A DNA stretch of 59,299 nucleotides from Dehalococcoidia bacterium (GTDB lineage: Bacteria > Chloroflexota > Dehalococcoidia > UBA2979), in assembly GCA_034406555.1 (NCBI GenBank), contig DASCRM010000013.1, positions 1 through 59,299 on the forward strand, in the 5' to 3' direction. Position 1 is the stretch's first letter; each line of letters begins with the position of its first letter. This document shows, piece by piece, positions 12,983 through 21,581 of the stretch. The position numbers and the translations under genes were made by a program. The notes beneath the pieces were generated by a model. It was not told the DNA's origin, did no database searches, and saw nothing but the letters and a program-made list of their open reading frames with translations.

Positions 12983-13508
12983 TGGAGTCACTCTTCGCTC
13001 GATTACAGTCACCGCAGAGCACCTGCACATTGTCGGGTGCGTTGCCGCCACCCTTCGCGACCGGGATCACGTGGTCGAACTGCAGGTCGTCCTCCGCACC
13101 GCAGCCCGTGCACTGGCCCCCGTCGCGTTGCCAGGCGAAAGCGCGCACCTCCTCGGGGATGCGCTGCCGCTTCGCTGTCTCAACGTCCGCGTCGCGAGCG
13201 CGGATCGTGCGCAGCCGGTCGAGGCGGGCGTCCTGCCGTCGCGCGCGGTCCCAGATCAGCAGGTCGACATCGTCGGATTCGAGGTCCGTGTCGGCCCAGA
13301 ATGTCCCGGCGTCCGACCACCAGAGCGTGCGGTCGCCGTCTTCGCCGATGCGGCTGACGCCCTGCTCTGTGATCTCGGAGAGGGCGGCGCGGTACTCGCG
13401 GTCGCTGAGCGTGAAGCACTCCCGCTTCGCGTAGTAGAAGCGGTGCGTGGCGAAGAACCAGAAGCCCGAGCGTTCGATGCGCGCGCGGTTCACCTTGCGC
13501 AGCGACAT
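12975..13508 (-). CDS. HNH endonuclease domain protein
   Basis: RDGGQCTGCG..LQFDHVIPVAKGG..NVQVLCGDCNRAKS. Confidence 0.9.
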   Translation of the reverse strand: MSLRKVNRARIERSGFWFFATHRFYYAKRECFTLSDREYRAALSEITEQGVSRIGEDGDRTLWWSDAGTFWADTDLESDDVDLLIWDRARRQDARLDRLRTIRARDADVETAKRQRIPEEVRAFAWQRDGGQCTGCGAEDDLQFDHVIPVAKGGGNAPDNVQVLCGDCNRAKSDSIV

Positions 13509-14546
13509 CTAGCTGCCTCCCGCCAGTGCCGGCGTGGCCAGCGCGTCCGCGATCGACGCTGCGAAAGGTGCGCGCAGCACTCCGCGTTCCGTCACGATCG
13601 AGGCAATCAGCGAGGCCGGCGTGACGTCGAAGGCCGGGTTCAGCGCCTCCGTGCCCTCGGCCGCGAGTGCGTGGCCGTCGACGGTCAGTACCTCGGATTC
13701 GTCGCGCTGCTCGATCGGGATCGCCTCGCCGGTCGGCGTTGCCGGGTCGATCGTGCTCAGCGGGGCGACGATGTGGAACGCGATCTCGTGGTGGGCGGCC
13801 AGAACTGCGAGCGCGTAGGTGCCGACCTTGTTCGCCGCGTCGCCATTGGCAGCGACGCGGTCGGCTCCTGTGAAGACGGCATCGACGCGGCCCTGCGCCA
13901 TCAGTCCGGCCGCCGAGGAGTCGGCGATCAGCCGATGCGGGACGCCGTGCTGTTGCAGCTCCCACGTCGTCAGCCGCGCACCCTGGAGACGCGGTCGCGT
14001 CTCATCGACGAGCACGCCATCGACGAGGCCCCGGCGATGCGCTTCGATCACCACGCCCAGCGCGGTGCCATGGCCGCCCGCCGTCGCCAGCGGGCCCGTG
14101 TTGCAGTGCGTGAGCAGTGTCGAGCCGGGAGCGACCAGCGAGGCGCCGAGTTCGGCCATTTGGCGGTCGGCATCGCGTTGCTCCTCGTGGATGCGCTGAG
14201 CTTCATCGATCGCGGGGTCCGGGCCGTTGTCCCCCTCGATGCGCCGCAGCACGCGTTCGACGGCCCAGCGCAGGTTCACGGCGGTCGGCCTTGCGTCTGC
14301 GAGCGCCTCGGCGGCACGTTTCGTCGCCTGCGCATCGCCGTCACGGGCGACGATCGCGAGCGCGTAGGCGGCGGTGACGCCGATCGCGGGCGCTCCGCGC
14401 ACACGCATAGTCGTGATCGCCTCGATCGCATCGTCGAGCGTCGGAAGAGTGACGTATTCGACGCGCTGCGGCAGCAACGTCTGATCCAGCAGGCGCAGAA
14501 CGCGCCCGTCCCATGACACCGCTTCGTAAGAGGCGTGATCAGTCAA
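13509..14546 (-). CDS. mtnA: Methylthioribose-1-phosphate isomerase
   Basis: LLDQTLLP, VRGAPAIG, RPTAVNL, THCNTG, ETRPRLQGARLT, NPAFDVTP; start uncertain (TTG 14546 or ATG 14567). Confidence 0.95.
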   Translation of the reverse strand: MTDHASYEAVSWDGRVLRLLDQTLLPQRVEYVTLPTLDDAIEAITTMRVRGAPAIGVTAAYALAIVARDGDAQATKRAAEALADARPTAVNLRWAVERVLRRIEGDNGPDPAIDEAQRIHEEQRDADRQMAELGASLVAPGSTLLTHCNTGPLATAGGHGTALGVVIEAHRRGLVDGVLVDETRPRLQGARLTTWELQQHGVPHRLIADSSAAGLMAQGRVDAVFTGADRVAANGDAANKVGTYALAVLAAHHEIAFHIVAPLSTIDPATPTGEAIPIEQRDESEVLTVDGHALAAEGTEALNPAFDVTPASLIASIVTERGVLRAPFAASIADALATPALAGGS

Positions 14547-14657
14547 TGGATTCCCCGCCGGCCCCATTCGGCGCGAGCCGTAGCAGTAATGGTAGGACGT
14601 GGGCTGTGGGCGAAGCCAATCAGGCAGCCTCGCTCAGACTCAGATCGCGAGATTTGG

Positions 14658-15191
14658 TCAGTATTGGACCAGCGCCGTCACCGGCACCTCCGGTAGCCGG
14701 TCGCGGCCACCGAGGTCGGTCAACTCCACGAGGAACGCGAATCCGGCGTTCTCCCCGCCCAGCGCCTGCACCAGCCTGCTCGTCGCCTCGGCGGTTCCGC
14801 CGGTGGCTATCAGGTCGTCGACGATTGCGACGCGCAGGCCCTGCACCGAGGGGTCGCGCTGCAGTTCGAGACTGCCGGAGCCATATTCGAGCTCGTAGTC
14901 GACGGAGGCAAAGGCTGTCGCTAGCTTGCCCGGCTTGCGCACCGGCACGAACGGCAAGCCCAGGCGTTCGGCGACAGCAACGCCGAAGAGGAAGCCACGA
15001 GCCTCGATGCCGGCGACTACCGTCGCTTCCATCGACCGCACCGCCTCGGCCAGCGCGTCGTTCACGCTGCGCAACGCGGCGGCGTCATGGAGCAGCGGTG
15101 TTGTGTCGCGGAAGAGGATGCCCGGCTGCGGAAAGTCCGGTACATCGCGGATTAGTTCGCGCCAGCGGGACTCCTGCGGCTGTCCTGTCAT
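14658..15191 (-). CDS. apt: Adenine phosphoribosyltransferase
   Basis: DFPQPGILFRD, GIEARGF, RKPGKL, LEYG, VDDLIATGGT. Confidence 0.95.
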   Translation of the reverse strand: MTGQPQESRWRELIRDVPDFPQPGILFRDTTPLLHDAAALRSVNDALAEAVRSMEATVVAGIEARGFLFGVAVAERLGLPFVPVRKPGKLATAFASVDYELEYGSGSLELQRDPSVQGLRVAIVDDLIATGGTAEATSRLVQALGGENAGFAFLVELTDLGGRDRLPEVPVTALVQY

Positions 15192-15294
15192 GCAGCCGAT
15201 GCTCCGCGTGATGGACAGCGATGTCAACGCGCTGCGGCACTCGCGGCCCAGTTCGCACGTTGACCGCCCGCTGACCGCTCCATAGCATCGCTCA

Positions 15295-16068
15295 ATGCCT
15301 TCCGACTCTACCGATCCGCTGGCCGCCGTGGCCCCCTTCTACGATCTAGACCTCGACGGCTACGACGACGACATCGCGATGTACCGCGAATTGGTGAAGG
15401 AGCGCGGCACCGACGTCCTGGAACTGGGTTGCGGCACGGGCCGTGTCGTCGAACCACTGGCACGCGATGGCTGCGATGTCACCGCCGTCGACCTCAGCCC
15501 CGCGATGCTCGAGCGGGCGCAGCAGCGGACGGCGGAGTTCCCCGGCGACGGCTCCGTGGCGCTGATCGAGGGCGACATGCGGATCCTCGATGTCGGACGT
15601 CAATTTGACTGCGTCTTCATCCCGCTCGGTGGGTTGCAGCACATGGAGGAGGCGGCGGATGTCGCCGCGACGCTGGCCACGGTGGCCCGTCACCTCAAGC
15701 CGGACGGCCTCGCCGTCATCGATATCGAGGCCGCACATCCGAGTGACCTCACACCGGGGCCGCAGCCGCTGCTCCAGCACTGGACCCGCCCGAGCGGCAC
15801 GGCGGTCGTGACGAAGCTGGTGGCGGTCGATGGGGAGCCCTCGACGCTACTCAAGCACATCACCTGGCACTTCGACGTGCAACTGGAGGACGGGCCGCTG
15901 CGACGGGTCACCGCCGAGTTCCCGCTGCGCGTGATCACCGCCGGCGAGCTGGAGCTGGCGGCTCGCCTCGCGGGCCTGACGGTCACCGAGTGGCATGGTG
16001 GCTACGATGGCTTCCCGGCGGATGATGGTGACGACCGACTGGTGGTGCTGCTGGAGCACGCAGAGTGA
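15295..16068 (+). CDS. Class I SAM-dependent methyltransferase
   Basis: VLELGCGTGR, VDLSPAML, GDMR. Confidence 0.9.
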   Translation: MPSDSTDPLAAVAPFYDLDLDGYDDDIAMYRELVKERGTDVLELGCGTGRVVEPLARDGCDVTAVDLSPAMLERAQQRTAEFPGDGSVALIEGDMRILDVGRQFDCVFIPLGGLQHMEEAADVAATLATVARHLKPDGLAVIDIEAAHPSDLTPGPQPLLQHWTRPSGTAVVTKLVAVDGEPSTLLKHITWHFDVQLEDGPLRRVTAEFPLRVITAGELELAARLAGLTVTEWHGGYDGFPADDGDDRLVVLLEHAE

Positions 16069-17099
16069 GCATCACCGTTGCGCTCGACGCCATGGGTGGG
16101 GACTTGGCCCCGCAGGCCACGGTGGCCGGCGCGATCCGCGCCGCCGAGGCCGGGCACGAGGTTGCGCTCGTCGGCGACGAGGCGGTGCTGGCCGAGGAGC
16201 TTGCGAAGCACGAGATCGTGCCCTCCGGCGTCCGCATCGTGCACGCGCCGGACGTGATCGACATGCACGAACAACCCTCGCTCGCGACGGCGCGCCGCCG
16301 GGGCTCCTCGATCTACGTTGGCCTTGAACTGTTGAAGAACGGGGAGGCTGGGGCGTTCGTCTCCAACGGCAACACCGGGGCAGTGCTCGCGCTCTCGCTG
16401 CTCGTGATCGGCAAGTTGCCGGGCGTCGATCGCCCAGCGCTCGCTGCGTTGATCCCGCCTCGCACCGCCGGCCCCACGCTGCTGCTGGATGTGGGAGCGA
16501 ACGCGGAGTCGCGCCCGCTCCAGCTCGTGCAATGGGGGGCGATCGGCGCGGAGTACATGAAGGTCGCGTTCGGCGTCGCAAACCCGAAGGTGGGGTTGCT
16601 GAACATCGGTGAGGAACCCTCCAAGGGCTCGCCGTTGGTCGTGGAGGCGAACAAGGCGCTGTCGCAGATTCCGATCAACTTCATCGGCAACATCGAGGGC
16701 GGCGACATCGCCCGCCGCGAGATCGATGTGATCGTCACGGACGGGTTCACCGGCAACGTCGTGCTGAAGCTGATCGAGGGGATGGCGACGGCCATCCTCG
16801 GCAGCGTGCGCGATGCGGCGAGCGGATCGATGCGCGCGCGGCTCGGCGGGCTGCTACTGATGCCCGCGGTGCGCGACATCCGGCAGCGCTTCGATTATCG
16901 CCAGTACGGGGGCGCGCCGCTGATCGGTGTGAACGGCATGGTGCTCGTAGGGCACGGTCGCAGCGACGTTGTGGCTGTCGGGAATGCGATCGCCACAGCC
17001 GCGACGGCCGCAGAGCTCGGGGCGCTCGATGCCTTCGCGGCCGCGCTCGAGCGTAGTGGCGTGTCCCTGGGCGAGTCGTCCGAGGAAGGGTCGCGCTAG
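16065..17099 (+). CDS. plsX: Phosphate acyltransferase PlsX
   Basis: ALDAMGGDLAP, GNTGA, LDVGAN, NIGEEPSKG, DGFTGNV, HGRS. Confidence 0.96.
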   Translation: MSITVALDAMGGDLAPQATVAGAIRAAEAGHEVALVGDEAVLAEELAKHEIVPSGVRIVHAPDVIDMHEQPSLATARRRGSSIYVGLELLKNGEAGAFVSNGNTGAVLALSLLVIGKLPGVDRPALAALIPPRTAGPTLLLDVGANAESRPLQLVQWGAIGAEYMKVAFGVANPKVGLLNIGEEPSKGSPLVVEANKALSQIPINFIGNIEGGDIARREIDVIVTDGFTGNVVLKLIEGMATAILGSVRDAASGSMRARLGGLLLMPAVRDIRQRFDYRQYGGAPLIGVNGMVLVGHGRSDVVAVGNAIATAATAAELGALDAFAAALERSGVSLGESSEEGSR

Positions 17100-17437
17100 G
17101 CGGTCTCGACCGGTGCTGCCACCTCGCTCGCATCGTCGGTGGCACCGAGGCCACCGGAGGAGGGAGCGAATCGCCACCACAGGCGCATCGACTCGCGCAG
17201 CGCGTCGATCTGCTCTTCCGGAGTCTCGCTGCTCATCCCGATGCAATTGCCGAGGTGGCTGTCAAGGATCAGGCCGCCGACGTTGTCGATGCCGGAGCGC
17301 ACAGCCATCAACTGCGTGACGACGTCCTCGCAGGCGCGATCGCTGTCGAGCATCTTCGCGATGCCGCGGATCTGCCCCTCGATGCGGCTCAGGCGAGCCT
17401 GAAGCTTCTCTGGGCTCGTCTCTTGTGGCATGGTCAT
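17096..17437 (-). CDS. CsoR/RcnR-family metal/thiol-sensing repressor
   Basis: RLSRIEGQIRGIAKM..C.DVVTQL...HL..C (C-H-C fingerprint); start 17437 or 17431. Confidence 0.9.
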   Translation of the reverse strand: MTMPQETSPEKLQARLSRIEGQIRGIAKMLDSDRACEDVVTQLMAVRSGIDNVGGLILDSHLGNCIGMSSETPEEQIDALRESMRLWWRFAPSSGGLGATDDASEVAAPVETA

Positions 17438-17483
17438 CCCTCGTATCGCGGGAGCGGGGCGGATGCCCTGCTCGTTGGCGGTC

Positions 17484-17512
17484 TTGACATACCCCATGGG
17501 GGTATATAGAAT
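17484..17512 (+). promoter_or_regulatory. Sigma70-type promoter of trxA with CsoR-type operator in the spacer
   Basis: TTGACA-17 bp-TAGAAT; ATACCCCATGGGGGTAT pseudo-palindrome at 17489-17505. Confidence 0.8.
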
Positions 17513-17623
17513 GTAGTTAATTCGGCAGCTGTCTGTCAACCAACCACTGCGATCCGATCGGGCCGGTGGCGACAATCACAGGTAGACGCCCACAGGCAAC
17601 TGAGAGATCAGAAAGGAAGTGGC

Positions 17624-17947
17624 ATGAGCCACCCCACAGACACAACCGACACTACGTTCCAGACCGATGTGCTGGACAACGACACCCCCGTACTCGTTGA
17701 CTTCTGGGCCCCATGGTGTGGTCCCTGCCGCATGGTCGCTCCGATCGTGGAGGAGCTGGCGGAGGAGTACGAGGGCAAGGTGAAATTCGTGAAGCTGAAC
17801 ACGGACGACAACCCGCAGGTCGCCGGCAAGTACGGCATCCGCTCGATCCCCACGCTGCTCGTATTCAAGGGCGGTGAGCCGGTCTCGCAGATCGTCGGCT
17901 TCCGGCCGAAGAGCGACCTGGCGAAGCGGCTGGACGAGGCGCTCTAG
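17624..17947 (+). CDS. trxA: Thioredoxin
   Basis: [17 protein letters not shown]. Confidence 0.97.
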   Translation: MSHPTDTTDTTFQTDVLDNDTPVLVDFWAPWCGPCRMVAPIVEELAEEYEGKVKFVKLNTDDNPQVAGKYGIRSIPTLLVFKGGEPVSQIVGFRPKSDLAKRLDEAL

Positions 17948-17972
17948 GGCGCCTCAACTGGCGGCGAGTACG

Positions 17973-18006
17973 AAACAGGCGGGCCGCATGCGGCCCGCCT
18001 GTTTTT
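17973..18006 (+). terminator. Intrinsic terminator after trxA (possibly bidirectional)
   Basis: Perfect palindrome AAACAGGCGGGCCGCATGCGGCCCGCCTGTTT then TT. Confidence 0.85.
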
Positions 18007-18060
18007 CTCAGTGCGGCTTCTCACTAAGCACGGGGGGTCGAGGTGTCCCGGATGGCCGGC

Positions 18061-18549
18061 TCAGTCGGACCCGTCGGTTGCCTCGTTCGCGCGGACGCCC
18101 TTGTGGATCGTGCGGCCCTGCTTCTCTTCGAGGCGGGTGAGCATTCTCCCCTTGTCGGGATGCGGGTCCTTCACGAGACCGTAAATCTCGCGCCCCTCAT
18201 GTCCCTCTGGCAGATGTTCTGTGATCGGAAGACCTTCCGACGCGACGAAGAGCAGTCAATGACAGTATTTCCAGCGCTGCATCTCCTCGCAGGCGCAGAT
18301 CCACTCCTTCTCGTCGACGGCGGCCTGCTTGTCGACGTAGAAGTTGCAGGGGCAGAGCGGGCGCTTCAGTTCATCGACGTGCTTGGCGAGGCCGATCACG
18401 AGGAACTCGGTGATCTCGCGCTGCGGGTGCAGGTAGGAGCCGCTCTTGCTGGCGAACGCCTCTACGTACTTCCACATCTTCGCCATCGACTTCGACGAGG
18501 CCTGAGCGCGGTCCTCGTCGCTCACATGGTCGAGACCGGGTTGGGTCAC
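18061..18549 (-). CDS. Ferredoxin:thioredoxin reductase catalytic subunit, predicted selenoprotein (TGA 18258-18256 = Sec), 162 aa
   Basis: LCPC...WICAC...YCH-TGA-LLFV matches FTR CPC/CPC/CHC; frame stays open for 64 codons to TGA at 18061; hairpin 15 nt after the TGA. Confidence 0.88.
18225..18258 (-). promoter_or_regulatory. Candidate bacterial SECIS element
   Basis: mRNA UGA-cugcucuucgucgcg-UCGGAA(GGUC)UUCCGA; apical loop starts with GG, 21 nt after UGA. Confidence 0.75.
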
Positions 18550-18633
18550 TCAGCTACTCCCTGGCTGGCGGCCGATCAGCGAAGCGGGCGATCCGCCCGT
18601 TTGCGAAGTGACAGCGTGGTTAATGATTCAGTC

Positions 18634-19179
18634 TTAGCCGATCGTAGCAGCGTCGCAAGTATGGCGGCGTGAGCGCCGACACGCGCCCGTCATGGCGGCG
18701 ACCCGAAACAATGCAACCCCATCGGCCAGCTCCTCGATGTGCGGGTTCAGCACGTCGACGGAACGAGGCGTAAAGGCGCGGTCGACGAGGCGGCGCAGGC
18801 GGTGGTGCTCCGGCAGGTCGAGCTGCAGGATGCTCGGCTCGCGGTCGCTCTGATCTTCCTCGTCGATGAGCAGGCCGGTTCGCCGGACATCACCCTCCGG
18901 GAGTTTGCGGCTGTCTCTGAAGACATCCTTGCTGCGCAGCACCTCGTTGACGTCGTCCCAGTGCGTCAGCACGACTTGGCGGCCGAAGTACGCATCGCGG
19001 TAGTGGATACGCCCGTCCTCGCGCATCGCGCGCAGCGCCGGGTGTGGGTCGGCGATGTAGTCGAGGTTGGTCGGGTCGTACTCCTGTGGGGCCTGTGGGA
19101 TGCCCGCAGTCTCTTCGGGCGTATCGCCTTGCGGTGTCTGGCGCTCTGTCGTGGTCACAGGTGGTTGCGATCCCCTCAC
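18634..19179 (-). pseudogene. Cytochrome P450 N-terminal fragment
   Basis: ADPHPALRAMRE, DDVNEVL, DLPEHHRLRRLVDRAFTPRSV; similarity ends ~18720 with no I-helix, ExxR or heme Cys. Confidence 0.75.
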
Positions 19180-19275
19180 ACTCGCGCCGGGCGGCGCGGG
19201 CGCATCGCTGATGCGGGAATGCTACGCGAAACCGCGCCGAATATGCACTCGATGGCGTGGTGAAATCGCTTCGCG

Positions 19276-19554
19276 TCAGCCTCCTGCGAGCTTTACGCGA
19301 TGGCCAGCGGACTCCAGAAGCTCCAACAACCGTTCCCGATGATCGCCCTGGATCACCAGCACCCGGTCCTGGCGTGTGCCACCGGTCCCCAACTGCCGCT
19401 TGCAGCGCTTCAGCAGCGCGTCGAGATCCGCCTCGCTGCCACTGAGGCCCACGACGAGCGTCCCGGGCTTCCCGCCGCGGGCGGAACTACCGCGATGGAG
19501 ACGCACGAAGCCATCGCCGGGGTCGGTTGGGAGGGGTTGTGAGCGTGCTGCCAT
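19276..19554 (-). CDS. yciH: SUI1/eIF1-like translation initiation factor
   Basis: RGGK..T.V.G, KR.LGTGGT, IQGDHRE, VKLAGG. Confidence 0.85.
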   Translation of the reverse strand: MAARSQPLPTDPGDGFVRLHRGSSARGGKPGTLVVGLSGSEADLDALLKRCKRQLGTGGTRQDRVLVIQGDHRERLLELLESAGHRVKLAGG

Positions 19555-19648
19555 GCCTCCGGATTCTCTCGAACGGGTCGGCTCGGTTCAAGGAACGGGT
19601 GGATGGGCGTGGGCTAGACGGCTCGAATCGAATCTAGCAGGCTGTCGT

Positions 19649-19745
19649 GGGAGTGGATGATGTCCGGTGGTGTCCGCGGTCTTCAAAACCGTTGTGGGGC
19701 TACGTCGTAGTCTTGGGTGGGTTCGACTCCCACGCACTCCCGCCA
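19649..19745 (+). tRNA. selC: tRNA-Sec (anticodon TCA)
   Basis: Acceptor GGGAGTG/CACTCCC + GCCA; 6-bp D-stem with CGGT loop; GCGGT-CTTCAAA-ACCGT; long variable arm; GTGGG-TTCGACT-CCCAC. Confidence 0.95.
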
Positions 19746-19786
19746 GTCGTGCTTGCGCCGCTGGCGCATTCGATCGGAGGCGCATC

Positions 19787-20587
19787 ATCGACCTGCAACT
19801 GAACGGCAAGACTGCGCTGGTGACCGGCGGCAGCCGCGGCATCGGCAAGGCGATTGCGCGCGAGCTGGCGCTTGAGGGCGTGGATGTGGCGATTGCCGCA
19901 CGCGACCGCGCGACGCTCGATGCGACTACCGAGGAGCTGAAGCACGAGACCGGCCGGAAGATCGTGCCGATCGAGGTCGATACCGGCAGCGACGAGTCGG
20001 TGCAGGCGATGGTCGCCGCGGCGCACTCCGAGTTCGGGCACATCGATATCCTCGTCAACAATGCGGCGAAGGCCGGCGGGCAGGGGCCGGTGCCCACGCT
20101 GCCGGAGATCACCGATGAGCACTTCTTCGACGACATGAACGTGAAGGTGCTGGGCTACCTGCGCTGCGCTCGCGAGGTCGCGCCGCTGATGCAGCAGCAG
20201 GGCTGGGGCCGGATCATCAACATCAGCGGGCTGGCGGCGCGGCAGGCGGGTTCCACGATCGGCAGCATGCGCAATGTCGCCGTCTCCGCGCTGACCAAGC
20301 ACCTCGCCGATGAGCTGGGGCCGAGCGGCATCAACGTCACAGTCGTCCACCCCGGCCTCACGCGCACGGAGAAGACCGCTGAGGTGGTCGCCGCACGCGC
20401 ATCGAACTCCGGGCAGTCCGCCGAGGAGGTCGAGGCGCAGATGGCGTCGGGCAACCTGGTGCGGCAGCTGATCGATGCCAGTGATATCGCGAACATCGTC
20501 GTCTTCCTCGCTTCGCCGAAGTCGGTCGCGATCAACGGCGATGCGATCGCGGCTGGGGGCGGCGTTGGCCGAGCGATCCACTACTAA
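19787..20587 (+). CDS. Short-chain dehydrogenase/reductase
   Basis: TGGSRGIG, DILVNNA, GRIINISG; apparent start is ATC after GGAGG (the ORF-track start lies inside tRNA-Sec). Confidence 0.9.
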   Translation: MDLQLNGKTALVTGGSRGIGKAIARELALEGVDVAIAARDRATLDATTEELKHETGRKIVPIEVDTGSDESVQAMVAAAHSEFGHIDILVNNAAKAGGQGPVPTLPEITDEHFFDDMNVKVLGYLRCAREVAPLMQQQGWGRIINISGLAARQAGSTIGSMRNVAVSALTKHLADELGPSGINVTVVHPGLTRTEKTAEVVAARASNSGQSAEEVEAQMASGNLVRQLIDASDIANIVVFLASPKSVAINGDAIAAGGGVGRAIHY

Positions 20588-20715
20588 GCCCCTTCGGCGC
20601 GTGCGTAGTTGGTCGGGGCGATGCTGCGTGCCTCGCGGTGCCGGTTGCGGCGCAGGCGTCTTCGCTGGTACGACAGGGCGAGCGGTACTGCCGCGCTACC
20701 TACGAGGAGGGTGAG

Positions 20716-21471
20716 ATGCCGAAGTTGACTGTACTGATGCACGGCGCGTCGATTGGGACGGACGCCGGGGTGATCGGGTTCTGCAGTGTGATTCTGATCG
20801 AGGGGGAGCGGCGCATCCTCTTCGACTCGGCCCACGTCGGACGGCGCACCTATCTTGAGGCGCAGCTCGCGGCGCAGGGGTTGACGACCGACGACATCGA
20901 TGCGCAGGTGCTGAGCCACGCGCACTGGGATCACGTGCAGAATTGCGACCTCTTCCCGAACGCGCCGATGCTGGTACACCGCGATGAGGTGAGATACGCG
21001 CACAAGCCGCATCGCAACGACTGGGCGACACCGGCGTGGACGGGTGCCGTGTTGGACACGATGGCGCTCGAGGAGGTCGGCGAGGGGCACGAGATTATGT
21101 CCGGCTGCCGCGTGATCGAGCTGACCGGCCACTCGCCCGGCAGCATCGGCCTGGAAGTGGAGACGGAGGACGGCATCTGCATCCTGACCGGCGACGCCGT
21201 GCACAACGCGGGTGTCGCAGTGCGCGGCCGCAGCCCGCTGGTCTTCTGGAACCAGCAGGACGCCGACGCCTCGATCAAGCGCGTCGTCGAATCAGGCGCG
21301 GCGGTCTACCCGGGCCACGACATGCCGTTCCGACTACGCGACGGCGAGATCGATTACATGGCGGAGCAGTCGATCACTGTCAGCGGTCCGCCATCGACGA
21401 TTCTCGACACGACGGTGCGGCCGCCCGGAGAGCCGTGGGTGATGCCCGGCATTGAGGACCAAAAGCTCTAG
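20716..21471 (+). CDS. Metallo-beta-lactamase-fold hydrolase (AHL-lactonase-like)
   Basis: SHAHWDH, GHSPG, TGDA, PGHD; GAGGAGG upstream. Confidence 0.9.
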   Translation: MPKLTVLMHGASIGTDAGVIGFCSVILIEGERRILFDSAHVGRRTYLEAQLAAQGLTTDDIDAQVLSHAHWDHVQNCDLFPNAPMLVHRDEVRYAHKPHRNDWATPAWTGAVLDTMALEEVGEGHEIMSGCRVIELTGHSPGSIGLEVETEDGICILTGDAVHNAGVAVRGRSPLVFWNQQDADASIKRVVESGAAVYPGHDMPFRLRDGEIDYMAEQSITVSGPPSTILDTTVRPPGEPWVMPGIEDQKL

Positions 21472-21581
21472 GCTGCGCCTCGCTCGCAACCTCGAGTGCG
21501 CCTCGTGCCGGAGAACTCCCGATAGGTTCGCGCTTCATTCGCGCGTACCTTCGAATCAGCGACGCGGAACCGCCTCGAACA

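Noticed and set aside
14547-14657. SAM or SAH riboswitch upstream of mtnA
   Set aside because: Only a fragmentary GAG..GCTGC resemblance; consensus elements do not line up.
19667-19786. ORF-track N-terminal extensions of the SDR (and likewise 25710-25757 for the lipoprotein)
   Set aside because: They begin inside tRNA genes.
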